A program made the translations under genes and the position numbers. DNA of 63,637 bases, counting the filler. It is 5 parts of 5 records of this genome, joined end to end, with 100 filler letters (N's around TTAATTAATTAA, not from the genome) between each part and the next. Parts side by side here need not be neighbours in the genome. Positions count along the whole stretch, not along the records: positions 20,720 to 47,263 come from DRR723986_10707; positions 47,364 to 57,509 come from DRR723986_10708; 3 more parts are not named here. The stretch is one strand, 5' to 3'. Under the pieces are notes generated by a model, which saw only the letters and a list, made by a program, of their open reading frames with translations, did not search any database and had not been told where the DNA came from. This document shows, piece by piece, positions 41,195-50,742 of this stretch; the first letter of the stretch is position 1, and every line of letters begins with the position of its first letter.

Positions 41195-41839
41195 CTATAC
41201 GCCATATAACATTCTTAACTCTTTTGTCTCGCCGTCTTTGGTTCGATACTTAACAATCAGGTAACAGTCGCGCCCACGCACCGGCAAATAAATCCAACCC
41301 GAAGATTTCCCGCCGGGCTCAAGTACCGCCTTGCGCAGTCTGCCGTCTTCCAGCTCAGCTTCAAATGAGCTATTCGTATTTGAGGCTCTTAACATATTAA
41401 ACACGGCAATCGGCAGGCCAATTGGCAAGGCTACTCCACTACTGCCGTTTGATTCGATTGTGAGAACCAGGGGCGCCCACAGGGCATACCACCACACCGT
41501 CAGCCCCATCTTGTCACGCACCTCATCCGCCTGCATGGTTAAATCCCCAATGCCATTCTCATTAAGACTGTACAGCACACTGTGCCCATCAACTTCCAAT
41601 TCACTATCGGAGATATTGTGCAACTGCAACTTGAGAATGGTTATTCTCTCCTCACGCGCAGTATCGTCAAATCGCTCATTTTCACCGAATGGCTGAATAG
41701 AAGTAATCACTTCCAGCTCTTCAGTTTTTTTACTTACAGAACCGATCGTCCTGGAATCTTGCATCGACGTATAACCCGTGGCACAGGAAGACAATAAAAC
41801 TACACAGGCGACACATAAAATGGCTTGGCGGATTAACAC
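41195..41839 (-). CDS. Hypothetical lipoprotein
   Basis: AGGAG RBS, lipobox LSSC, internal hydrophobic hairpin. Confidence 0.7.
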   Translation of the reverse strand: MLIRQAILCVACVVLLSSCATGYTSMQDSRTIGSVSKKTEELEVITSIQPFGENERFDDTAREERITILKLQLHNISDSELEVDGHSVLYSLNENGIGDLTMQADEVRDKMGLTVWWYALWAPLVLTIESNGSSGVALPIGLPIAVFNMLRASNTNSSFEAELEDGRLRKAVLEPGGKSSGWIYLPVRGRDCYLIVKYRTKDGETKELRMLYGV

Positions 41840-42187
41840 GATAAAACTCTCCTGAAGTTAACTGGTGTTGTAGTGCAGCAGACTTAACATTCTGCGCTGT
41901 CAAACAACATAACACTTGCAGTAACCTGCGTGGACACATTCGTACGCACTTCACCCCGCATTCACTCCAAATGGACGTAAATGTTGGACGAGCACATCCA
42001 AATTGAACTTTGTGCGTATGTATTATTTGTGTTGGGGGGGATCTTGGGTGGCCGGGCCGTACAACGACACGCGTTAAAATCTCAAAAATCTGCGAGATTC
42101 ACAAGACTAATCTTTTAGCGGCAGGCGGCGATACTGGTCAACTCCGGCCACTCCTGAGTAACTATTGCCTGGCCGCTGGGTGACTTT

Positions 42188-42243
42188 TTGCTTGAGCGCT
42201 GCGCCGCGTTTCACCACGGCTGTCTCTTTATGAGTTTCTTGTT
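42188..42243. repeat. 56-nt intergenic repeat, copy 1 (REP/MITE-like, internal hairpin)
   Basis: Matches 47205-47261 with two substitutions and one indel. Confidence 0.9.
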
Positions 42244-42245
42244 AG

Positions 42246-42442
42246 TTATTGAACTGGAAGTCTACATTCGCAATTGAGCACTAAAGTAGAATGCAAGTAA
42301 GCTTCGCACCAGTAGCAGCACTGGAAGTCAAACAAACAAGTTGCAGGTCAATCGCACTATGCAGCCTGGATCCGCCGCATACAAACATCATGCTCAAAAC
42401 CCAAACTGCCACTCCAGACAGCAAATTTCAGGCATGTTTCAT
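42246..42442 (-). pseudogene. Possible decayed Cys-rich secreted-peptide gene
   Basis: RBS plus MKHA*NLLSGVAVWVLSMMFVC (signal-like), then in a shifted frame ATCLFDFQCCYWCEAYLHSTLVLNCEC. Confidence 0.25.
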
Positions 42443-42577
42443 ATCCCTCTACAGAATAGGTCAAAAGTACGTACCCTTCATTTTTCACTTTGATGAATTG
42501 ATTTTAAAATCTATCTTGACTCCTACACTGCCAGTAAATCACAATCTAACTACCTCATTTATCTGGATTATACCAAC

Positions 42578-43060
42578 ATGCAGAAATCATTATTTTCAGC
42601 ACTCGGTTTAGTATTGATTTGTTTTCTTGGCTTTAGCATTAGTGCCCACGCAGCTAATAGCTGTTCTGCTACGGCCGGCGATAAAGGGCCTTTTGCAGGA
42701 CAGTCCTGTACAGCCAGTTGCGATCTGTTCTCCACTGCCCACTGCCAAGCTGGCGGCCTATTATCAGCCCCAAAATGTGAATGCATCACGGGAAGTGGAA
42801 CGGATCACCGTTCACCTAGTACAGTCTCGGCCGGGCTGCTTTCCGACGCTATTGACTTCGCCGATTACGTTGATAACTACGGCTCATCAAATATGAGCAT
42901 CCTTGCCACCAAGAGCAGCGCCGTAATCGCCATCGTCCAAAACAATGGTCTGGATGTCGATTTCCAGGATGCAGAAGACGAGTGGCTCGTTGCCTGGAAC
43001 GACTTAACATCAACGGAACGAGCAGACTGTGAAAGCTGGGCTTCAGCTCGCGGTTATTGA
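42578..43060 (+). CDS. Secreted Cys-rich precursor, paralog 1
   Basis: Signal peptide ending AHA; C-x14-C-x3-C-x7-C-x10-C-x-C; clear similarity to 43709-44185. Confidence 0.88.
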   Translation: MQKSLFSALGLVLICFLGFSISAHAANSCSATAGDKGPFAGQSCTASCDLFSTAHCQAGGLLSAPKCECITGSGTDHRSPSTVSAGLLSDAIDFADYVDNYGSSNMSILATKSSAVIAIVQNNGLDVDFQDAEDEWLVAWNDLTSTERADCESWASARGY

Positions 43061-43708
43061 GCAGATTCGCGAATGCGCCGTTTAACACGCAGCAATCGCT
43101 CATAGAACATCTGTTAATTAACAATTTTAAGTACTGCATTGTCTGCACTTTTTGCAGCCTTTAATGCTAAACGCTCTTGAATCTCACTGTGCCGAACCCG
43201 CAAACAACATTTGTTATTGCGTCGCCAACCTGTCTTGCACTGAAAGACGGCGGCCCTACTTCGTCACAACCCGAAGCGATCGCTTAACACTTGCGCTGCC
43301 GTAATACTGAGCGCGAAGCATAACACCGGAGACCGGTTTGCATTCTAAATGCCCCTGATATTTCGAGGCTTAAACATGTACATAACTTGTAGATGTAAGC
43401 TGTCGTTGAAGCCAGGGCCACAAGGTACACAACTGCTCCCGGTCGTGATTGGACAACGAATCAAGCTGCATCGACAAGAGGTTTTGCACGGTATCATTCA
43501 AGCTGAGTACAACACTCGGCCTGGCATTAGCAAGCCCAGACCCTCTAGTCGCTTTGCAAACGAACGATACAAGTTAACACACAACAGAACAGTTTGCCGA
43601 TTCAATTGGTTGAAGCAGGCCTACCTTTGTTATGTGTTGTAATACACTGCCACCGTTTTATACCAACTTTCTAATACTTAACAACTCAATTTAATGGAGT
43701 ATTTCATT

Positions 43709-44185
43709 ATGAAGAAGTCACTATTCTTAACACTCGCCGCCATTGTATGTATGGCATTTGGAATGAATACCAGCACATTCGCCGCCAACAGCTGTAGTGC
43801 TGAGGGTGGATTCCTGGCAGGCGGTTGCGATGCCAATTGTTCCGTAGGTCAATCAGCATGGTGCCATGCTGGAGGTTTTCTCAGCGGTGCAAAGTGCGGC
43901 TGCGCACCACAGGACCCGGAACCAACCGATCACCGTTCACCAGGCAGTGTTGACCCTAACATACTTGCCGACGCACGCGACTTCGTAATTTATGCCAACA
44001 ACTACGCGACTTCAAACATGAGCGACCTGGCTTCAAAAAGCGCAGCTGTCATTTCAGTATACGACCTCAATGGCACCGACGCTGACTTTCAAACAGCAGA
44101 AGATCAATGGCTCGTTTCTTATGGTAATCTGACAGCTACCGAGAAGTCTGACTGCGAAAGTTGGGCGAGTGCTCGCGGGTATTGA
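43709..44185 (+). CDS. Secreted Cys-rich precursor, paralog 2
   Basis: GGAG RBS; signal peptide ending TFA; C-x10-C-x3-C-x7-C-x10-C-x-C; same DCESWASARGY C-terminus. Confidence 0.88.
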   Translation: MKKSLFLTLAAIVCMAFGMNTSTFAANSCSAEGGFLAGGCDANCSVGQSAWCHAGGFLSGAKCGCAPQDPEPTDHRSPGSVDPNILADARDFVIYANNYATSNMSDLASKSAAVISVYDLNGTDADFQTAEDQWLVSYGNLTATEKSDCESWASARGY

Positions 44186-44222
44186 TGCAAATGTAAGGAC
44201 GTAGTTCCTTAGAGATAACCCA

Positions 44223-44262
44223 ATGCACAAAGGGCAAGATTGCAATCGAGCCCTTTGTGCAT
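44223..44262 (+). terminator. Stem-loop terminator after paralog 2
   Basis: Perfect 13-bp inverted repeat ATGCACAAAGGGC / GCCCTTTGTGCAT. Confidence 0.7.
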
Positions 44263-44685
44263 ATTTCACGTTTAAATACACACCCTACTACATCTTACGC
44301 AGAATTTCTTTTAGTTAGTTCGCAATCCAACTTCCCCACTGGTCGAATACCTACACAACGTTCTAGACATTCGACGGGGTATCTTGAGACTTTTAAAAAT
44401 AGAGCATGCTATTTTTTTCAAAATTTTGCGTACCTAAAGACAAAGTTATCCGTATTATGGAAATTCGACTAACCTGATGCAGGTCCAAGTTTTGAGATCA
44501 ACTATACAGCACCCGCTACTAATCAACAGTTTTGTAAAAGCATGCAACCTGCTATGGGGAAGAATTTTGGTCAAAAAAGCAGTAATACGCTATTTTGAGG
44601 TACACTAGATGGGAAAACTCATTCCATCTATTACTTCAGCACTGACTAATTGAATTGAACCGACTACGAGCTGGATTAAGACCCT

Positions 44686-46347
44686 ATGCAAGCAACTACA
44701 CAGCTTCTCAGACTGCGCATTCTTGTTCTTTTTATTTTACTGGTGTCAACGCTCGACGCAACTGCTTCCGTAATAACTATCCAGGGCACCGTCAAAGGTG
44801 TAGACAATAAGCCGCTCGAACTGGCACACGTGCAAGTCAGCGAATTTGGGCAAAATGAGCCCTTCCTGATCCAGCCGCTCAACGCCGACGGTACATTTTT
44901 GATCGAACTGGCGCAGAAGCCGCTCTACAAAATCTCGTTTTCCGGCGTAGGCCACTACCAAAGTGACTTCCCCTTCTTTGCCGATGGCTTAGACAATGTG
45001 ACGCTGGACCTGGTTCTGGAACCCTATCAATATCCTCCAGCGCTGGACTCCCTTTATGTAATTGGCGACTTCAACGATTTTCAGCGCGGCGACGGCCGCC
45101 TGATGACCGGCAATTCAAAGACTGGATTTCAACTTGAAATTCCCTGGGACCAGGATTCCCTGGCATATCAGATTTTGGGAGCAGAGCAGCGCGATGGCCG
45201 CAGCATTAATGGCTCCCAATCCGACAGGTTTGAATACGATGGGCGTGGTGACTATCGCTCCATTATTGCCGTTAGAGACGGCAAGGCGTCTATCCGCTAT
45301 CGTCGCGATTCAGGCCCAATTGCGGCAGATGCCTTTAAGATCAGCTCAACGCCGCCTGGGCTTGCCCGCACATTTATAATTGACCGTGAACTAAAACTAG
45401 CGCGCGCACTCTTCCGCAAAAACAGCAGAGGGCTAAGCCAGGACAGCACGGCCGCATTGGCAAAACTTGAAGCCGAACGTCTGGCGCAGGTACTAAAAGA
45501 CGAGAAAAACCAGCTTGCACGACAGTTGATCATTCTTGAATACATGCGCCTGGGAGTTCTCGAAGTCATTACTGGCACAAAATTAATCGATCCAGTTGTT
45601 GTTGCGCAGGTTGAAGAACTCATGCCGGCAGATTCACCTGTCTGGCAACTTGAACCCGGAATGGTGGTAATCCAAAGCATATTATCGGGCGACACAGGCC
45701 TTTCCGGCTACTTTACAGATATGATCAGTTCGCACCCTTCTCCCGCCGCCAGGGCCGAGGCGCTTTACAATGGCCTGGAATACACAACCATGACGGGCCA
45801 AAAAGACCGCGCAGCCGAACTATATTCCATACTGCTCGCAGAATCAAATCCGGGACGCTGGGGAAAACTAGCCAAAAGCAACTACTCCAAGAACAGGACA
45901 ATCACATCCGGCAAACAACTGCCGCAGTTTAAATTCGCAGCGCTGGCAAACCCAGCCGACTCAATTGACAATCAGGCAATCCAGGGCAAATACGTGCTGA
46001 TAGACTTCTGGGCGCTGTGGTGTGGCCCCTGCCTTGCCGAACTGGATAACCTGCACAAAGTCTACAAGCAGTACAAAAATCAAAACTTTGAAATACTTAG
46101 CGTGTCATTTGACAAAAAGCCGGCCGACGTCGCTGCTTACCGAACACGCAAATGGCCCATGCCCTGGATGCACGCCAGTGTTCCCGAAGCATTTAAAAGT
46201 CCGGCAGCCAAAACTTTTGAAGCACTCAGCATTCCCAAGCCGATATTAATCGGTCCCGACGGAACGATCCTGGCCTCAGACATAGAATTGCGTGGCGCAG
46301 CGCTAGAAACCACATTGGCCAGACATATACAAGGAACAAAAGAATGA
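44686..46347 (+). CDS. Exported TlpA/ResA-family thiol-disulfide oxidoreductase with large N-terminal extension
   Basis: Signal peptide; GKYVLIDFWALWCGPCLAEL, FEILSVSFD, IPKPILIGPDG. Confidence 0.88.
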   Translation: MQATTQLLRLRILVLFILLVSTLDATASVITIQGTVKGVDNKPLELAHVQVSEFGQNEPFLIQPLNADGTFLIELAQKPLYKISFSGVGHYQSDFPFFADGLDNVTLDLVLEPYQYPPALDSLYVIGDFNDFQRGDGRLMTGNSKTGFQLEIPWDQDSLAYQILGAEQRDGRSINGSQSDRFEYDGRGDYRSIIAVRDGKASIRYRRDSGPIAADAFKISSTPPGLARTFIIDRELKLARALFRKNSRGLSQDSTAALAKLEAERLAQVLKDEKNQLARQLIILEYMRLGVLEVITGTKLIDPVVVAQVEELMPADSPVWQLEPGMVVIQSILSGDTGLSGYFTDMISSHPSPAARAEALYNGLEYTTMTGQKDRAAELYSILLAESNPGRWGKLAKSNYSKNRTITSGKQLPQFKFAALANPADSIDNQAIQGKYVLIDFWALWCGPCLAELDNLHKVYKQYKNQNFEILSVSFDKKPADVAAYRTRKWPMPWMHASVPEAFKSPAAKTFEALSIPKPILIGPDGTILASDIELRGAALETTLARHIQGTKE

Positions 46348-47147
46348 AACTCTCAACTTCACTACTTGTCGGGCTGTGTTTAAGCCTGTTATGCAGCGCC
46401 TGCACAACCTGCCTTGATGGCAGCGGGGCTCGAATTGACCGTACCCTTACCCTGCCGGCTGTTGAAGGGCTCGTCGTGGAAAGTAGTCCCGGCACCTGGT
46501 ATGGCTGCAATGTCAATATTGATGCTGCCAGCAAATATGCAGCCAATGCATCCTTAAACATTGAGGCGCAGGAGAATATTCTGCCCCTGATCACACCGGT
46601 TGTCAACGATGGAACCCTGGAGCTGGAATACGCCGAGTGCATCAAATCTATGAATTCGCCTCAGCTGGAGTTAACAGTCAACACACTTAGTTACCTCGAA
46701 GTTAACACAATTGGCGAGTCCGTTGTTTTTGACACAGAACTTGCCACCGACCGCCTGCACATCAAAGTTGGCAGCATGGCGCAACTAAAGCTCAATGTTA
46801 ATGTCAAACACTTAACAATTGACGCAGCCGAAAGCGCTAATCTGACTCTGAACGGTAGTATCGACACCCTTTACAGCAATATTGATAATAGTGCCAAGGT
46901 CGTGCTTAGCGGCAGCGCTTATTATCATCAATCCACATGCAAAGATTTCGCAAGCCTGGATGCCGGCAAGTTAATCACGCAAGTAACCAAGATTGAAGCT
47001 ACAAACCTGAGTAAAGCCACGGTAAATGTTAATCAAAGCCTCAAGGCGGAAGCGAGCAACACCGCCAAAATCAGTTACCACGGCAAACCCGGAAGCTCAG
47101 TTGTGAGTTATGATGGCCTTGCTACTGTCACACCTATCGAAGAATAA
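46344..47147 (+). CDS. GIN-domain (DUF2807-like) beta-helical lipoprotein
   Basis: Lipobox-like CSAC, CLDGSG, IEAQENILPLI..V.DGTL, repeated A-x-S-A-x-L-x-L-x-G rungs, AKISYHGKP. Confidence 0.75.
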   Translation: MKLSTSLLVGLCLSLLCSACTTCLDGSGARIDRTLTLPAVEGLVVESSPGTWYGCNVNIDAASKYAANASLNIEAQENILPLITPVVNDGTLELEYAECIKSMNSPQLELTVNTLSYLEVNTIGESVVFDTELATDRLHIKVGSMAQLKLNVNVKHLTIDAAESANLTLNGSIDTLYSNIDNSAKVVLSGSAYYHQSTCKDFASLDAGKLITQVTKIEATNLSKATVNVNQSLKAEASNTAKISYHGKPGSSVVSYDGLATVTPIEE

Positions 47148-47204
47148 GTTCATCATTCGCGGTGCGGGTGGTTTAATTCAAGCCAACGTGGCATAATGCT
47201 GCAA

Positions 47205-47261
47205 TTGCTTGACCGCTGCGCCGCGTTTACACCACGGCTGTCTCTTCATGAGTTTCTTGTT
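47205..47261. repeat. 57-nt intergenic repeat, copy 2 (at contig end)
   Basis: Direct repeat of 42188-42243; the contig breaks 2 nt later. Confidence 0.9.
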
Positions 47262-47263
47262 TT

Positions 47264-47363
47264 NNNNNNNNNNNNNNNNNNNNNNNNNNNNNNNNNNNNN
47301 NNNNNNNTTAATTAATTAANNNNNNNNNNNNNNNNNNNNNNNNNNNNNNNNNNNNNNNNNNNN
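47264..47363. other. Artificial contig spacer
   Basis: N44-TTAATTAATTAA-N44. Confidence 0.99.
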
Positions 47364-47470
47364 TTCACCACCTTTCTAAGTTTGAGTTGCAAGGAATTGC
47401 AGGAAGCAGCCCTATAGCAAAGCTCTGCCAGTTTGTCTAGGCTAGGGCACATCGGAATTGGGGGGATGAT

Positions 47471-48157
47471 ATGAGCACACCATCGACCAAAGATATTTTG
47501 CTGGATGCAGCGCTGATGCATGTGCCCTTTGATGGCTGGTCAGATGCGGCCCTTGGCGCCGCTTTGGAGGATACCGGGTTAGATACCACCGCGGCTAAGG
47601 CCGTGTTTCCCCGTGGGGCGGTGGATATGGCCTTGGCCTATCATGCCCGCGGCGATGCGCAAATGCTGGCGGCGTTACAAGCGGCCGATCTGGGCGATAT
47701 GCGCTTTCGCGATCGCGTGGCCTATGCCGTGCGCCTGCGGCTAGAGGTGGTGGAAGACAAAGAGCTGGTGCGCCGCGGCATGACACTCTTTGCCCTGCCC
47801 CCCTATGCCGCCGATGGGGCGCGTGCCCTGTGGCAAACCGCCGATCATATTTGGCAGGCATTGGGCGACACATCGCAGGATGTGAACTGGTATACAAAAC
47901 GCGCCACGCTCAGCGCGGTTTACAGCGCAACGGTGCTATATTGGCTGGGAGATACATCAGAAGGCGATGCCGCCACTTGGGCGTTTTTAGACCGGCGCAT
48001 CGATAATGTGATGCAGATCGAAACGCTAAAGGCCAAAGCGCGCACCAACCCGGCGGTTTCGCGTCTGTTGCAAGGGCCGCTGGGCCTGTTGGGCCGCATC
48101 CGTGCGCCAGGGCAGGCAGGCCATGCCATGCCCGGGCGCTGGGGCGGGCGCAGCTAG
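47471..48157 (+). CDS. COQ9-family protein
   Basis: HVPFDGWS, ADHIWQALGDTSQDVNWYTKRATLSAVY, FLDRRIDNVMQIE. Confidence 0.92.
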   Translation: MSTPSTKDILLDAALMHVPFDGWSDAALGAALEDTGLDTTAAKAVFPRGAVDMALAYHARGDAQMLAALQAADLGDMRFRDRVAYAVRLRLEVVEDKELVRRGMTLFALPPYAADGARALWQTADHIWQALGDTSQDVNWYTKRATLSAVYSATVLYWLGDTSEGDAATWAFLDRRIDNVMQIETLKAKARTNPAVSRLLQGPLGLLGRIRAPGQAGHAMPGRWGGRS

Positions 48158-48187
48158 GGCCAGAGATTTAAAACGAAAGGAAACGCA

Positions 48188-49171
48188 ATGAGCCAACTTA
48201 TGAAGGCGGTTGAAATCACCACACCCGGCGGGCCCGATGTGCTGCAGCTGTGCGAACGCCCCGTGCCTGTTGCAGGGCCGGGGCAGGTGGTTATTCGCCT
48301 TGCTTGGGCCGGGGTCAACCGCCCCGATGCATTGCAGCGCGCGGGCAATTACGCCCCACCGCCCACTGCCAGCGATTTACCCGGCCTCGAGGGCGCAGGC
48401 GAGATTGTGGCCGTTGGTGCAGGCGTTGACAGCTGGAAAGCAGGCGACATGGTTTGCGCGCTGTTGCCGGGCGGTGGATATGCCGAATATGTGGCCACCC
48501 CCGCCGCCCATTGCCTGCCCATCCCCGCCGGCATGGGCCTGCGCGAGGCGGCCTGCCTGCCCGAAACGTATTTTACCGTGTGGACCAATGTCTTCATGCG
48601 CGGCGGGCTTAGCGCCGGCGAGCGGTTTTTGGTGCATGGCGGCTCGTCTGGGATTGGCACAACAGCCATTCAGCTGGCCCATGCCTTTGGGGCGCGCGTC
48701 TTTACCACCGTGGGTAGCCCCGAAAAGGCCGCCGCCTGCGCAAAGCTGGGTGCCGAGCGCACCGTCATCTATACCGAGGAAGATTTCGTAGATGTGCTGC
48801 GCGATGAAGGCGGCGCCGATCTGATCTTGGATATGGTGGGTGGCCTTTACCTGCCACGCAACCTGCGGGCCTTGGCCGATGACGGGCGGCTGGTGCAAAT
48901 TGCCTTTTTGCAGGGGCCAAAAATCGAGGTGAATTTCGCCCAAGTCATGGCGCGCCGGCTTACGATCACCGGCTCTACCCTGCGGCCGCAATCCGATTTG
49001 GCCAAGGCCCGCATTGCCGAGGGGCTGCGCACCCATGTATGGCCGTTGCTGGAAAGTGGGCGCATTGGCCCGGTAATGGATAGCGAATTTCCGTTGGCTC
49101 AGGCCAGCGCCGCCCATGCGCGCATGGAAAGTTCGGGCCATATTGGCAAAATCGTCTTGAAGGTGGCGTAA
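48188..49171 (+). CDS. NAD(P)H-quinone oxidoreductase, PIG3 family
   Basis: AGVNRPD, PGLEGAG, LVHGGSSGIGT, GSTLRPQS, HIGKIVL. Confidence 0.92.
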   Translation: MSQLMKAVEITTPGGPDVLQLCERPVPVAGPGQVVIRLAWAGVNRPDALQRAGNYAPPPTASDLPGLEGAGEIVAVGAGVDSWKAGDMVCALLPGGGYAEYVATPAAHCLPIPAGMGLREAACLPETYFTVWTNVFMRGGLSAGERFLVHGGSSGIGTTAIQLAHAFGARVFTTVGSPEKAAACAKLGAERTVIYTEEDFVDVLRDEGGADLILDMVGGLYLPRNLRALADDGRLVQIAFLQGPKIEVNFAQVMARRLTITGSTLRPQSDLAKARIAEGLRTHVWPLLESGRIGPVMDSEFPLAQASAAHARMESSGHIGKIVLKVA

Positions 49172-49245
49172 GCAAATCAGCAGGGCAGCTTGACGCCGCC
49201 CTGCTTTGTTGCATCTCATCGCGCAGAGCGAAGGGAGATGCAGAC

Positions 49246-50220
49246 ATGACCAAAACAGTAATCATCGAACAATTTGGCGATGCCGATTGCATGCAGCTGG
49301 TCGATACCGAAATCGGCCAGCCAGGCGCAGGCCAAGTGCGGGTTGCCCATAAAGCCTGCGGTTTGAACTATATCGATGTTTATCAGCGCACCGGGCTTTA
49401 CCCGCTGCAATTGCCACATGCCCTGGGGATGGAGGCCGCAGGCGTGATCGAGGCGGTGGGCGAGGGTGTGACCCATGTGAAACCCGGCGATCGCGTGGCC
49501 TATGCCGCCCAACCCCCCGGCGCCTATTGCGAGGCACGGGTGATGCCCGCGGCCCAAGTGTGCCCCTTGCCCGATGGGATTAGTTTTGAACAGGGCGCTG
49601 CGATGATGCTGCAGGGCCTGACCGTGGAATATCTGTTTCATCGCACAACCCCGCTGAAACGGGGCGATACGGTGCTGTTTCACGCCGCAGCCGGTGGTGT
49701 TGGCCTGATTGCCTGCCAATGGGCCAGATCCGAGGGAATCACCTTGCTGGGCACAGCCGGCAGCGATGAGAAATGTGCGCTGGCCAAAGAATATGGCGCC
49801 ACAGAATGCATCAACTACCGCGATGCCAATTGGCCCCAGCGCATCAAAGAGCTGACCGGCGGCAAGGGTGTTGATGTGGTGATGGATGCCGTGGGCGCCA
49901 GCACGTTTGAGGGCTCGCTTGATTGCTTGAAACCGCTGGGAATGATGATTTCTTTTGGCAATGCATCGGGGCCGGTGCCGCCCCTAAATATCGGTATTCT
50001 GGGGCAAAAAGGCTCGCTTAAAATTACCCGGCCTACCCTATTTACTCATATTGCCGATCATGATGCATGCCAAACAATGGCAAAGCATTTGTTTGACAAG
50101 GTTCTTTCTGGCGATGTGGAAATACGCATTGATCAGCGTTTTAAACTATCGGAAATAGCCGATGCACACCGTGCATTGGAAGCGCGGCAAACAACGGGAT
50201 CAACAATTATTGAAATCTAG
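49246..50220 (+). CDS. qor: NADPH:quinone reductase (zeta-crystallin/Qor family)
   Basis: GLNYIDVYQRTGLY, HAAAGGVG, SFGNASG, KGSLKITRPTL. Confidence 0.85.
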   Translation: MTKTVIIEQFGDADCMQLVDTEIGQPGAGQVRVAHKACGLNYIDVYQRTGLYPLQLPHALGMEAAGVIEAVGEGVTHVKPGDRVAYAAQPPGAYCEARVMPAAQVCPLPDGISFEQGAAMMLQGLTVEYLFHRTTPLKRGDTVLFHAAAGGVGLIACQWARSEGITLLGTAGSDEKCALAKEYGATECINYRDANWPQRIKELTGGKGVDVVMDAVGASTFEGSLDCLKPLGMMISFGNASGPVPPLNIGILGQKGSLKITRPTLFTHIADHDACQTMAKHLFDKVLSGDVEIRIDQRFKLSEIADAHRALEARQTTGSTIIEI

Positions 50221-50370
50221 GCAGTTTATCACTGAGTAGATTTACAATTCACTGTTTAACTGCCATCATTACTTATCGGGGTTGGTGTTTTGCTGCGCCA
50301 GCCCCGATATGTTTCGGCAGTGGCGCCGAGGCAAATGATGGGCGCAGTTATGAAAGTGGAACCTGGTAAT

Positions 50371-50685
50371 ATGTCTCATTTTGATTTGGAAACAATGTCG
50401 CTGGACGAATTGAAAGCTTTGCAAAAGCAAGTTGCAAAAGCGATCGAGGGCTACAAAGACCGCGAGCGGCTAAAAGCCTTGGCCGAGCTCGAGGCAAAAG
50501 CCCAAGAGATGGGGTTCTCGTTAAGCGATCTGTTGGGCACCAAGAAAACCCGCAAGGGCGCTGGTATTCCCAAATACCGTCACCCCGACGACGCCGCAGT
50601 GACATGGACAGGCAAAGGCCGCCGCCCCGCATGGGTGAACGAGGCGCTGGCTGCCGGTAAAACCATGGAAGACCTGGCGATTTAA
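50371..50685 (+). CDS. H-NS-family nucleoid-associated protein
   Basis: PKYRHPD..TWTGKGRRPAW DNA-binding motif. Confidence 0.92.
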   Translation: MSHFDLETMSLDELKALQKQVAKAIEGYKDRERLKALAELEAKAQEMGFSLSDLLGTKKTRKGAGIPKYRHPDDAAVTWTGKGRRPAWVNEALAAGKTMEDLAI

Positions 50686-50699
50686 TATTTAATACCAAC

Positions 50700-50740
50700 A
50701 AAGGGCGCTGCGCTGCATTGACAGCCAGCGCCCTTTTTTT
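50700..50740. terminator. Terminator between H-NS and RNase T2 genes
   Basis: AAAGGGCGCTG / CAGCGCCCTTT inverted repeat plus T run. Confidence 0.75.
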
Positions 50741-50742
50741 AT

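Noticed and set aside
42188-42250. Repeat considered as an integron attC site or CRISPR repeat
   Set aside because: No complementary R'/R'' ends, only two copies 5 kb apart, and no intI or cas genes in the window.
42291-43642. ORFs 42291-42611 and 43349-43642
   Set aside because: No RBS or recognisable features; the first overlaps paralog 1 and its promoter region.
47364-47385. Strong minus-strand RBS (GAAAGGTGGTGAA) at the contig start, probably for rpsU divergent from COQ9
   Set aside because: The coding sequence is outside the contig, so the gene cannot be called.
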